Program-made: the position numbers and the translations under genes
The notes under the pieces: generated by a model
What the model was told of the DNA's origin: nothing
The model's input: only the letters and a program-made list of their open reading frames with translations
Database searches by the model: none
Shown here: positions 23,188-31,670 of the stretch, one piece after another
Position numbering within the stretch: the stretch's first letter is position 1
How the letters are laid out: every line of letters starts with the position of its first letter
Assembly: GCF_000018465.1 (NCBI RefSeq)
Contig: NC_010085.1
Location: forward strand, 1,560,001-1,592,000
From: Nitrosopumilus maritimus SCM1
GTDB lineage: Archaea; Thermoproteota; Nitrososphaeria; Nitrososphaerales; Nitrosopumilaceae
Length of the DNA stretch: 32,000 nt
Direction: 5' to 3'

Positions 23188-25137
23188 TTTTATTGCTTCT
23201 TGAATTTGAGGATAATGAGCAGGAACTCTATGCATTCTTCTAATATTCATAGCAAGATTTTCTGATTTCTTTCGTTCACCATGGTTAACTAGGACTCTTC
23301 GTAATTTTGGTCTTAGTCTTTGTACAAAGGACATTAGTTGGTTGTAATCACTATGTCCACTAAATCCATCTAGCTTCTCTACTCCACAGTTGATCGTTAC
23401 AACTTCAACCTTACCATCTTTTCCTAACATTGTTGCTTGTTTAGAACCATCAAGTACTCTTCTTCCCAAAGTTCCGTTTACTTGATAAGACACAAAGAGA
23501 ACTTTGCTCTTTTTATCAGGTGCAATATTTTTGAAATATTCTAAAACAGGTCCACCTTCTAGCATTCCAGATGTTGCCAAGATTATACAAGGGGAGTCTT
23601 CTCTCATTGGTTCTTCTCTAGCATCTGCGTGCTCAATATTTGTGAAATATTCAGAATCAAATGGATTATCATCAGTTTCAAGAATTTTTTGTTTTAGTTC
23701 ACGTGCAAGATATTCAGGATATGATTCATGGATTGCAGAAGCTTCAGAAATCATTCCTTCAGTAAATACTGGAGCCTCAATCATCTCACCAGACTTCATA
23801 TAATGATCAATTACCATCATGATTTCTTGTGCACGACCAACTGCTGGAATAGGGATTAAAACTTTGCCGCCATCTGCAAGAGTGTTATTTACAGCATTAA
23901 TGAAAGCAGACTCAACTTCCTGTCTACTAGGTTGAATGTCTTCTTTAAGACCATACGTACTTTCTATGAGTAATGTCTCTACTCTAGGGAAATTCCAACT
24001 AGCAGCTTCAAACAAAATGCTTTTTCCAAATTTGATATCACCAGAATAAACAAAGTTGTGATCACCATTTCCAATATGAAAGTGACATAATGCAGAACCA
24101 AGAATGTGACCTGCATTTGCAAGAACTAATTTAATGTCAGGAGAAATATCAGTTACAGTTCCATATGGCAAAGTAATTGTTTGTCTCATAATTTGTTTGA
24201 CATCACGTTCAGAATAGATTGGAGTTCTTCCTTGAGCTGCTGCAACTTTGATTGCATCTAACTGAATAAGATTCATCATAGGTAGTGTTGGTTCGGTACA
24301 ATAGATTGGTCCTTTGTATCCATATTTACACAATGTAGGCAAAAATCCAGTATGATCCAAGTGTGCATGACCAATAACTACAGCATCAAGATCATCTAGT
24401 GTGAGATTCAAAGAGTCCAATCTAGGAAATGCATCCATTGGAGAACGTGCTCCAGGATTTATTCCACAATCAATGAGTATCTTACTTTCAGGAGTAGACA
24501 GCAATAATGAAGATCGTCCAACTTGACCAAATCCACCAAGTGTATAAAGTGAAACTTCTGTTCTTTGGGTTAATCTAGGTCTGAAAATTTCATCTCCAAC
24601 TTGTTTTAGTTGTTTACTTCTTTCAGTAGAGGCTTGTTTGAGAGTTGCATTGATTGTTTGAATAGTACGGGAAGGGACAGTTGTAGCCTTTCTTACACGT
24701 ATTTTCCAGCCTGTTTTTTCAGTTACTTCAGCATGATTGAATTCTTTTGCATTTCTTTGTAATAACCAAGGTCGTTTTGCTTCAATTGAAACTTCACCTG
24801 TTGCAGTATCAAATAGAGTATTCTGTAATTTTGCATCTTCTGGAACCAAACTTGCAATAATTTTTCGGGCATCATCTTCAGGTTTTCTAATTGATTCATC
24901 AGTTCTAACAACGATTCGTTTTTTGATTACACTTACAAGATTTGAAATCGTTTCATTATTTTCCATTAGATAACGAGGAGCGTTTGTGTAAAGTGCAATT
25001 CGTGGTCCTTCGTACTCAATTTTTGTAACATTAGCTTCTTTAGGTATACTTTGCAGTATGGTGGCCATTATATTCTGGCTGCTAGGAGGTAATTCTTTTT
25101 GTTGTTGTTTTCTTTGCATTAAATCACTAAAGTTCAA
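23179..25137 (-). CDS. fttA: aCPSF1/FttA: KH-domain, metallo-beta-lactamase, beta-CASP ribonuclease
   Basis: N-terminal KH-like region (VTKIEYEGPRIALYTNAP), the HAHLDH motif and beta-CASP length. The track start is TTG; ATG at 25119 or 25068 is more likely. Confidence 0.9.
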   Translation of the reverse strand: MNFSDLMQRKQQQKELPPSSQNIMATILQSIPKEANVTKIEYEGPRIALYTNAPRYLMENNETISNLVSVIKKRIVVRTDESIRKPEDDARKIIASLVPEDAKLQNTLFDTATGEVSIEAKRPWLLQRNAKEFNHAEVTEKTGWKIRVRKATTVPSRTIQTINATLKQASTERSKQLKQVGDEIFRPRLTQRTEVSLYTLGGFGQVGRSSLLLSTPESKILIDCGINPGARSPMDAFPRLDSLNLTLDDLDAVVIGHAHLDHTGFLPTLCKYGYKGPIYCTEPTLPMMNLIQLDAIKVAAAQGRTPIYSERDVKQIMRQTITLPYGTVTDISPDIKLVLANAGHILGSALCHFHIGNGDHNFVYSGDIKFGKSILFEAASWNFPRVETLLIESTYGLKEDIQPSRQEVESAFINAVNNTLADGGKVLIPIPAVGRAQEIMMVIDHYMKSGEMIEAPVFTEGMISEASAIHESYPEYLARELKQKILETDDNPFDSEYFTNIEHADAREEPMREDSPCIILATSGMLEGGPVLEYFKNIAPDKKSKVLFVSYQVNGTLGRRVLDGSKQATMLGKDGKVEVVTINCGVEKLDGFSGHSDYNQLMSFVQRLRPKLRRVLVNHGERKKSENLAMNIRRMHRVPAHYPQIQEAIKLF

Positions 25138-25768
25138 TGACTGCTTTCTTTTGTTCTTCAGTCAAAAGACGGAATCCGTCTTTATCCATAATTGCGATGT
25201 TAATTCCATCGCCGGTACCAATGTTTCTAACTATTGCTGCTTTTACAGCTCGTAAAGCAATTTTTTTTGCTTCTTCAACTGTAAGATCTTCTCTGTATTC
25301 TTCTTCAAGTAGACCATAGGCCACTGGTGAACCGCTACCAGTTGTAACATATGCTTTCTTTTCAACAGAGCCAAACATGTCAATGTTAAACAATGCAGGG
25401 CCTTCTGCATCATAACCGCCAACTAAGATATCAGCCATAAATGGATAGCCTCTATTTTGATGGAAGATTAATGAACAAAGTCTTGCAAGTGAATGGATTG
25501 AGATTGGTCCATGTTTTTCAACTCTATGAAGATTAGAATGATAACGTAAAATATCAACAATGTTTTGGGCGTCTGCAACACCACCAGCAAGAGTTAACCC
25601 TGCATGGTCATCAATTTTTTGAATTTTCATGGTGTTATTGTTTGCAATAAAGTATCCAGCACTTGCTCTCATATCTGCACATAAAACGACACCGTCTTTT
25701 GCCTTGATACCTACAGTGGTTGTCCCGTGCAGAATTTTTTCTTCGACATTATTTGACAAAAAATACAC
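25127..25768 (-). CDS. psmB: proteasome beta subunit
   Basis: A propeptide is followed by HGTTTVGIKAKDGVVL, which contains the catalytic Thr. About 200 aa. Confidence 0.9.
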   Translation of the reverse strand: MYFLSNNVEEKILHGTTTVGIKAKDGVVLCADMRASAGYFIANNNTMKIQKIDDHAGLTLAGGVADAQNIVDILRYHSNLHRVEKHGPISIHSLARLCSLIFHQNRGYPFMADILVGGYDAEGPALFNIDMFGSVEKKAYVTTGSGSPVAYGLLEEEYREDLTVEEAKKIALRAVKAAIVRNIGTGDGINIAIMDKDGFRLLTEEQKKAVIEL

Positions 25769-25836
25769 CTATTAAGATAAAGTAAATGGCATTTCACCCT
25801 TTTAAATAACTTTTTGATCTCTGGAAATCATAAATA

Positions 25837-26901
25837 ATGACAAAAAATCAAGATCGCATGAAATCACATACAATGGAATTGCCTAGGCAGATTGTTGTGG
25901 GAGAGAAGAACATAAATGAATTTGGAGAGTTTTTGCATAATTTAACTAAACCAAAAAAAGTTTCTCTTATTTCAGGAATACATGTAAAAAAAGTTCTTAG
26001 ACAAAGAATTGAAAAATCATTGAAAACAAAAAGAATCAAGTTTGTGTGGCATACATCAAAAGATAATCAAATTAGTACTCTAAACAGAATTGAAAAAGAA
26101 GTAAAAAAAGATCGTAGTGATATGATTGCAGGGATTGGTGGTGGAAGATCTGTTGATACTGCAAAATTAATTTCTTTTAATTTAGATATTCCATTTGTTA
26201 GTGTACCAACTGCTGCATCACATGATGGAGTTTCAAGTCCATTTGTTTCAGTTAAAAGTGATAAACCACATTCAATTGTTGCAACGGCTCCACTAGGGGT
26301 TTTTGTAGACATAGATATTATCAAAAAAGCACCATCAAGATTACTTGCTAGTGGTTGTGGAGATTTGGTGGCAAATATCATTGCTGTAAAGGATTGGCAA
26401 CTAGGTCATCAAAAGACTGGAGAATATTATGGAACTTATTCAGCAGAATTGGCTATGATGAGTGCTATGATGGTACTAGATAATTCAAGTAAATACGCAA
26501 AAAATGGATTAGATGCAAGAGTGATTGTTGAAGCTCTAATTAGTGCAGGAGTTGCATCATGTATTGCAGGAAGTAGCAGACCATGTTCTGGTGCTGAGCA
26601 TCTATTTTCACATGCATTAGATAAAATTGCACCAGGAAAGGGATTACATGGAGAAAAATGCGGAATAGGTTCCATTATGATTGCAAAACTACAAGGACAA
26701 GATTGGAAAAAAATTGTTAAGACGTTAAAAGATGTGGGAGCGCCAACTACTGCAAAACAAATTGGTTTAACTGAAGATCAAATTATCGATGCTTTAATTA
26801 TTGCACAAGACTTGAGGCCTGAAAGATATACAATTCTAAAAGAAGTAGAGATGACAGACAGAAAGGCAAAAAGTCTTGCAAAGAGTACTAAAGTGATTTA
26901 G
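25837..26901 (+). CDS. egsA: sn-glycerol-1-phosphate dehydrogenase
   Basis: GIGGGRSVDTAK, SHDG and GEKCG motifs of the iron-ADH-like G1PDH family. 354 aa. Confidence 0.9.
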   Translation: MTKNQDRMKSHTMELPRQIVVGEKNINEFGEFLHNLTKPKKVSLISGIHVKKVLRQRIEKSLKTKRIKFVWHTSKDNQISTLNRIEKEVKKDRSDMIAGIGGGRSVDTAKLISFNLDIPFVSVPTAASHDGVSSPFVSVKSDKPHSIVATAPLGVFVDIDIIKKAPSRLLASGCGDLVANIIAVKDWQLGHQKTGEYYGTYSAELAMMSAMMVLDNSSKYAKNGLDARVIVEALISAGVASCIAGSSRPCSGAEHLFSHALDKIAPGKGLHGEKCGIGSIMIAKLQGQDWKKIVKTLKDVGAPTTAKQIGLTEDQIIDALIIAQDLRPERYTILKEVEMTDRKAKSLAKSTKVI

Positions 26902-26902
26902 T

Positions 26903-27649
26903 TTAAGCAGCCTTTTGTTCAGGTGCTTTTTCTTTTGTTTCAGGTTTCTTTTCTTTAGTTTGTTTGTTAACATGAGTTTCAACAAAGTTTACTTTTTCCA
27001 AAGTAGGAACAAATTTGAAGATGTCTAATTGAATAAAGTGCTTCATAATTTGTAAACCATCTGCACGAAGAATTTCTTCAGGAATGGTTATGCTTACTTC
27101 TTTATCTTTCAAATCAAATGAAATTTTTGAGTCCTCTACTGGAAGTCTATTTTTTAGAATTCCATCAACTTTATCATTTGGAGAATCAAGTGATTTGAGA
27201 ACATTTACATCAAAAAGAATTGTTTTTCCTGCATATCTGTGATTATAATCAATCTGAACTCTTCCTGAACCAATAAAACGAATTATTCCACGTTTATTAT
27301 CAACTTCAATAGTATCACCAACTGAAACTTTTTCTGCATCTTCACCTAGTTTTCTAATTGGAATCATTCTGACTTTACCAGAATCTCTTTCACCAAATCC
27401 TTTCTCAGGTGTAACTTCAACTGTAAGTTTGTCACCTACAGCTGTTTTTGCAAGAGCCTCATCAAGCCCTTTTAGAACTGGATATGAAACTTCGCCAATT
27501 GAAACTAGTTTTGGCTGATACTTGACATTTTGCTCATGAATAGAATATTTTTTTGCATCCTCTTCGAGAGTTGTATCAAATACTTCTTCACTATCTTTGA
27601 CCTTAGCTGTATAATCAACTAGGATTAGTGAACCTTTATCGAAAGTCAA
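26903..27649 (-). CDS. long-type archaeal FKBP peptidyl-prolyl isomerase
   Basis: ILVDYTAKVKDSEEVFDTT N-terminus, an insert-in-flap region, and a C-terminal extension with a Lys/Glu tail. Confidence 0.8.
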   Translation of the reverse strand: MTFDKGSLILVDYTAKVKDSEEVFDTTLEEDAKKYSIHEQNVKYQPKLVSIGEVSYPVLKGLDEALAKTAVGDKLTVEVTPEKGFGERDSGKVRMIPIRKLGEDAEKVSVGDTIEVDNKRGIIRFIGSGRVQIDYNHRYAGKTILFDVNVLKSLDSPNDKVDGILKNRLPVEDSKISFDLKDKEVSITIPEEILRADGLQIMKHFIQLDIFKFVPTLEKVNFVETHVNKQTKEKKPETKEKAPEQKAA

Positions 27650-27691
27650 TGTGATCGGTCTCGAATTTCCTTATATTAAGTTAACAGGATT

Positions 27692-28837
27692 TTAGAGAGA
27701 CTTTAGTTTTTCTTCAGCAGTCTTTAGTCCTGCTTGAGCATCTACTTCATATCCCATCATTGCTAATGTTGATGAAATTGCAGAGATTGTTCTCATTACA
27801 TGATATGGACTAACTTCACCCATACATCCAACTCTAAACACTTTACCTTTGAGATTTCCAAATCCGCCTGCAACAAGAACTTTGAATTTGTTTGCAAGTG
27901 TATTTCTAAATATCTTGTCTTCAAGACCATCAAGATAGTTTAGTGCAACAATAGAGATTGAACGATCTTCTTCTTTTGCAAATGGAGATAATCCCATAGC
28001 ACTAAGTCCAGAGTATAATGCATCTGAACAAACTTTGTGTCTGGTGAATACATTTTGTAGTCCTTCTTCAAGTAAAATTGCTAATGCTTCTCTGTATGCA
28101 TAAAGTAAAGGTAATGCTGGTGTGAAAGGAGTGTGTTTTTCCTCATCATAATATTTGAAGTATCTTGCTAGATTGAAATACATTGTATTTGGTGGGTTTT
28201 CTTGCATGTATTTTTTAGCTCTTGGACTAACAGAGATTGGAGAAATTCCTGGAGGAGCTGCAATTGCTTTTTGTGCTCCAGTCATACATACATCAACACC
28301 CCATTTATCAACTGGAAGTGGCGCTCCTCCTAAGAGTGATACAGAGTCTACTACATAGAAAGCATCATTTCTTGAGGTTAAGTCAGATATTCTATCAAGA
28401 TAGTTTACCATTGTTCCTGTTGAAGTTTCATTATGAACAACATAGAATGCCTTAACATCTTTGTTATTGTCAAATGCTTCTTTTACTTGATCAAAAGTTG
28501 CATTTTGTCCTGGAGGAGTTTCAAGTTTTACAACGTTTGCTCCTTGACCTTCAATTAATTGAGATAGTCTATTACTAAATTCACCGTTTACTGGAATGAT
28601 TACTTTATCGCCTTTCTTAACTAAATTAACAACACCGGCTTCAACTGCACCAGTTCCAGATGCGGACAATGCTACAATATCATTTTTAGTTTCAAAGACT
28701 TGTTGAGTTTTGTCAACTACATCAGTGTATAATTCAACAAAATCATCACTTCTGTGGTTGATGATTGGTGCTAACATTGCTCTCATAACGCGATTAGGTA
28801 CGTTTGTTGGTCCTGGAAGCATTGAAAGATATTCCAT
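27692..28837 (-). CDS. class V aminotransferase (serine-glyoxylate/alanine-glyoxylate type)
   Basis: LPGPTNVPNRVMRAM N-terminus and TGAQKAIAAPPG (PLP lysine). Confidence 0.8.
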   Translation of the reverse strand: MEYLSMLPGPTNVPNRVMRAMLAPIINHRSDDFVELYTDVVDKTQQVFETKNDIVALSASGTGAVEAGVVNLVKKGDKVIIPVNGEFSNRLSQLIEGQGANVVKLETPPGQNATFDQVKEAFDNNKDVKAFYVVHNETSTGTMVNYLDRISDLTSRNDAFYVVDSVSLLGGAPLPVDKWGVDVCMTGAQKAIAAPPGISPISVSPRAKKYMQENPPNTMYFNLARYFKYYDEEKHTPFTPALPLLYAYREALAILLEEGLQNVFTRHKVCSDALYSGLSAMGLSPFAKEEDRSISIVALNYLDGLEDKIFRNTLANKFKVLVAGGFGNLKGKVFRVGCMGEVSPYHVMRTISAISSTLAMMGYEVDAQAGLKTAEEKLKSL

Positions 28838-28878
28838 GTGTTATCTACCAGTCAGTACTATACGGGGTTTATTTATAA

Positions 28879-29373
28879 TTAGAGATTTTTTAGACGTTCT
28901 TTGGCATTATTAGATATCAAAAAATTTTCTGTGCCTTTGGGAACTAGTGCATTCCAATTCTGATCGCTAATTATCAAATCCCTGACATTTGTTCCAGATA
29001 ATTCGTCTCTTTTCAAAAAAGGAATTGACAGTACTTGGACATCTCGTTTTGAATACAGATGATTAGTTAATTCATCATTTGAAAACACAATATCAAAATC
29101 TGGAACTATGGCATCTATTTTTTTAATCCATCTTACATGATTATCCAAGTCAGGAATGAAATAGATTGAAATTTTTTCTTTCATGGAATCATCTATTGAT
29201 GATAGAATCATTTCTTTACGTTCTTCAGCTGAGAAAGGATTATTCTTTTCAGTAGGTTTGTTTGAACTTCCCAAACCTAGCCATAATTTATCAACTTTTG
29301 ATAAAGCAAATCGTAATGCTTCAAGATGACCCAAATGGAAAGGTTGGAATCGTCCTATTAGTAATCCATTCAT
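28879..29373 (-). CDS. nadM: nicotinamide-nucleotide adenylyltransferase (archaeal NadM type)
   Basis: GRFQPFHLGHL (HxGH) motif, SGTNVR, 164 aa. Confidence 0.85.
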   Translation of the reverse strand: MNGLLIGRFQPFHLGHLEALRFALSKVDKLWLGLGSSNKPTEKNNPFSAEERKEMILSSIDDSMKEKISIYFIPDLDNHVRWIKKIDAIVPDFDIVFSNDELTNHLYSKRDVQVLSIPFLKRDELSGTNVRDLIISDQNWNALVPKGTENFLISNNAKERLKNL

Positions 29374-29393
29374 ACAAAAGAATAGAAAATTTC

Positions 29394-29405
29394 TTTTTTA
29401 AAAAA
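29394..29405. promoter_or_regulatory. T6A6 palindrome in a divergent intergenic region (possible shared TATA element)
   Basis: TTTTTTAAAAAA is centred about 27 nt from the nadM start (29373) and about 38 nt from the rtcA ATG (29437). Confidence 0.3.
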
Positions 29406-29436
29406 CTATCATAAAGAGTCGTATAAAGAAGGAATC

Positions 29437-30453
29437 ATGGATTTTTTAAAAATTAATGGAGCACATGGTGAAGGAGGAGGACAAATAATTCGTTCTGCAA
29501 TTACTCTTTCATGTATTACAAAACAACCAATTCACATTGAGAATATTAGGAAAAATAGAAAAGTTTCTGGATTAAAACCTCAACATCTTACAGCAATTAA
29601 AATTCTAAAAAAAATTTCAGATTGTAAAGTAATTGGTGATGAAATTGGTTCTACGGAATTAAAATTCATTCCAGGAGAAATTAAAAGTTCAAAATTATCT
29701 GAAGATGTAGGAACAGCAGGAAGTATTTCACTAATTTTACAAGTTTTAATTCCAATAGTAGCAATATCACAAAAGAATCTTGAGATTTCAATCAAAGGTG
29801 GTACAGATGTACAATGGAGTCCAACAATGTTCTATACACAACATATTTTGAGAGAAGTATATTCAAGAATGGGGATTAATTTTTCATTTGAATTAAAGAA
29901 GAGGGGATACTATCCAAAAGGAAATGGAGAAGTTAATTTAGAAATTAATCCATCAAACGTTAAAGCAATTTCATTATCAAAAAGAAAAACAAATCGGGTA
30001 AAAATTCTATGTACATTTTCAAAAATTCCAAATGAAAAAATTGAAAGTGAAATTAAAAAAATTAAAGAAAAACTAAATGAAAGTTTTGTTGTTGACGTAG
30101 AAATCAAAGAAGAAGCATTAGACTCTGGTGCGTCTTTATTAGTTTACAGTATTGATGAGAATTCAATTATAGGAATTGATTCATTATTTGATAAAAAAAT
30201 AGAGAGTTTTGACGTAGATCTTGATGGATTTTTAGAAGATATAGCAGTGGATGAGAATCTGGCAGACATGATTGTAGTTCCAGCAAGTGTGGCCAAAGGC
30301 AAGACAATCTTTCAAGTCAAAAAAATTACAAAACACTTGGAAACCAACTTGTTTGTAACATCAAAAATTTCTGGTTGCAAATATGGAATAGGCAAATTAC
30401 CTAATGGTTTTGAAGTAATTATTGAAGGAACATCATACTCCAGCATCAAGTAA
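29437..30453 (+). CDS. rtcA: RNA 3'-terminal phosphate cyclase
   Basis: GAHGEGGGQIIRSAITLS N-terminal motif. 338 aa. Confidence 0.85.
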   Translation: MDFLKINGAHGEGGGQIIRSAITLSCITKQPIHIENIRKNRKVSGLKPQHLTAIKILKKISDCKVIGDEIGSTELKFIPGEIKSSKLSEDVGTAGSISLILQVLIPIVAISQKNLEISIKGGTDVQWSPTMFYTQHILREVYSRMGINFSFELKKRGYYPKGNGEVNLEINPSNVKAISLSKRKTNRVKILCTFSKIPNEKIESEIKKIKEKLNESFVVDVEIKEEALDSGASLLVYSIDENSIIGIDSLFDKKIESFDVDLDGFLEDIAVDENLADMIVVPASVAKGKTIFQVKKITKHLETNLFVTSKISGCKYGIGKLPNGFEVIIEGTSYSSIK

Positions 30454-30930
30454 TGCTGCAAAGAATAGTATTGCTACAGATAGAACTACAGTAATTTCTC
30501 CAAGAATAATGATTTTTTTTCTTAATTTTTGAATTTGAGGTTCAGGCATTTGGTTTGACATTATTTTATCTTCAACATCTTTTCGAATTACTCGAACATG
30601 AACAATGTATGTAATAATTAGTGCAATTACAAGAAGTATCTTGATTATAAGAAAAGTTCCATAACTTGTTGCAACAAGAAGTTCTGGTTTACTTAGTAAC
30701 ACATGAGAACTATACAATCCTGTTGCCATCAAAATAATTAATGAAGGGACAGCTACTTTGTTAAATCGTCTTCCAACACGAATCATAATTTGCATTCTTT
30801 CTTCAATTGAGTTTGTCATAGTTTTGAGAAGAGGAGAAAAAACTATTCCAATGAATAATGATCCACCTACCCAAATTGCAGCTGCAACAAGATGAATCCA
30901 AGTAAGAATTGCTTGCTCTATTGCTGCCAT
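30433..30930 (-). CDS. CopD-like four-TM membrane protein
   Basis: WIHLVAAAIWVGGSLF resembles the CopD-domain signature. Four hydrophobic helices. Confidence 0.5.
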   Translation of the reverse strand: MAAIEQAILTWIHLVAAAIWVGGSLFIGIVFSPLLKTMTNSIEERMQIMIRVGRRFNKVAVPSLIILMATGLYSSHVLLSKPELLVATSYGTFLIIKILLVIALIITYIVHVRVIRKDVEDKIMSNQMPEPQIQKLRKKIIILGEITVVLSVAILFFAALLDAGV

Positions 30931-31011
30931 AGTTTATCATATTTTGAATGAAATATTATGTATTTGGATCTTGACAACCTTTTTTAGTTGTACGTAATTT
31001 GATAGATTGAA

Positions 31012-31506
31012 ATGGCACTTCAGAGCAGAATGACAGTCTATGTTGCAATAGCAGGAGTTCTTGCCTTGATGGGAGGAATTGTATTCTATGCTAGTTTAGA
31101 TAATGCTCAGTTAGAACAAGCAGAGATTGAATTGTTTAGTGTTGAATTGATAGATGTAGATAATGTAAAAAATCAAGCAAAGTTTGATGTTACATTTCTT
31201 GTAAAAAATCCAAGTGATAAAGCATTTACTGTCGGAGTAATTGATTATCAACTTTTTACTGATGGAGTTGAATTGGGTTCGGGTCAATATTCTGCAATGG
31301 ATGTTGCATTACCAGGAAGAGCAGTATTTTCTTCAGGGGATCAAATACCATTGAAGAGCATATTTGTATTAACAAAATCAGAAACTAGTCCAGAAATTTA
31401 CGAAGATATGATAAATGAAAGAATCAATAGTTTTTCTGCTGAGGGTATGCTCACTACTCAGACTTCGTGGAGTACTATTGACAAAGAATTCAGTACTGGT
31501 TTTTAA
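31012..31506 (+). CDS. membrane-anchored LEA_2/WHy (LEA14-like) domain protein, paralogue of 2875..3429
   Basis: N-terminal TM (VYVAIAGVLALMGGIVFYA), then FDVTFLVKNPSDKAFTVGVIDYQLFTDG, which parallels IDIAFEIKNPNEGSMMVTTMDYQLYETG. Confidence 0.6.
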   Translation: MALQSRMTVYVAIAGVLALMGGIVFYASLDNAQLEQAEIELFSVELIDVDNVKNQAKFDVTFLVKNPSDKAFTVGVIDYQLFTDGVELGSGQYSAMDVALPGRAVFSSGDQIPLKSIFVLTKSETSPEIYEDMINERINSFSAEGMLTTQTSWSTIDKEFSTGF

Positions 31507-31514
31507 TTAAAAAG

Positions 31515-31588
31515 TGGGCCGAGAGAGATTCGAACTCACGATCACCGCCGTGTCGAGGCGGTATCCTAACCAGCTAGACTACCGGCCC
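31515..31588 (-). tRNA. tRNA-Val (anticodon GAC), 74 nt, no intron, no encoded CCA
   Basis: Hand-folded cloverleaf: acceptor GGGCCGG/TCGGCCC, D-arm GTCT-AGCTGGTTA-GGAT, anticodon arm CCGCC-TCGACAC-GGCGG, variable TGATC, T-arm GTGAG-TTCGAAT-CTCTC, discriminator A. Confidence 0.8.
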
Positions 31589-31670
31589 ATTGAAATACAA
31601 AACTAAATTGTGGCATTATTAACGTTTAACAAAAGAAAGGATGAATAAAAAGAAGAAAGGCGTGAATTAG

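Noticed and set aside
26067-26675. Antisense ORFs 26067-26381 and 26436-26675 opposite egsA. Similar cases occur at 23504-23803, 14966-15238, 17693-17959, 21881-22147, 9668-9922 and 22743-22994.
   Set aside because: All are nested in strongly supported genes on the other strand, have no independent initiation signals and show no recognisable motifs.
31589-31670. Possible cobalamin-type riboswitch or other leader RNA upstream of the BluB-like gene.
   Set aside because: The gap is only about 80 nt, it must also hold the divergent tRNA promoter, and no conserved riboswitch core motifs were recognisable by eye.
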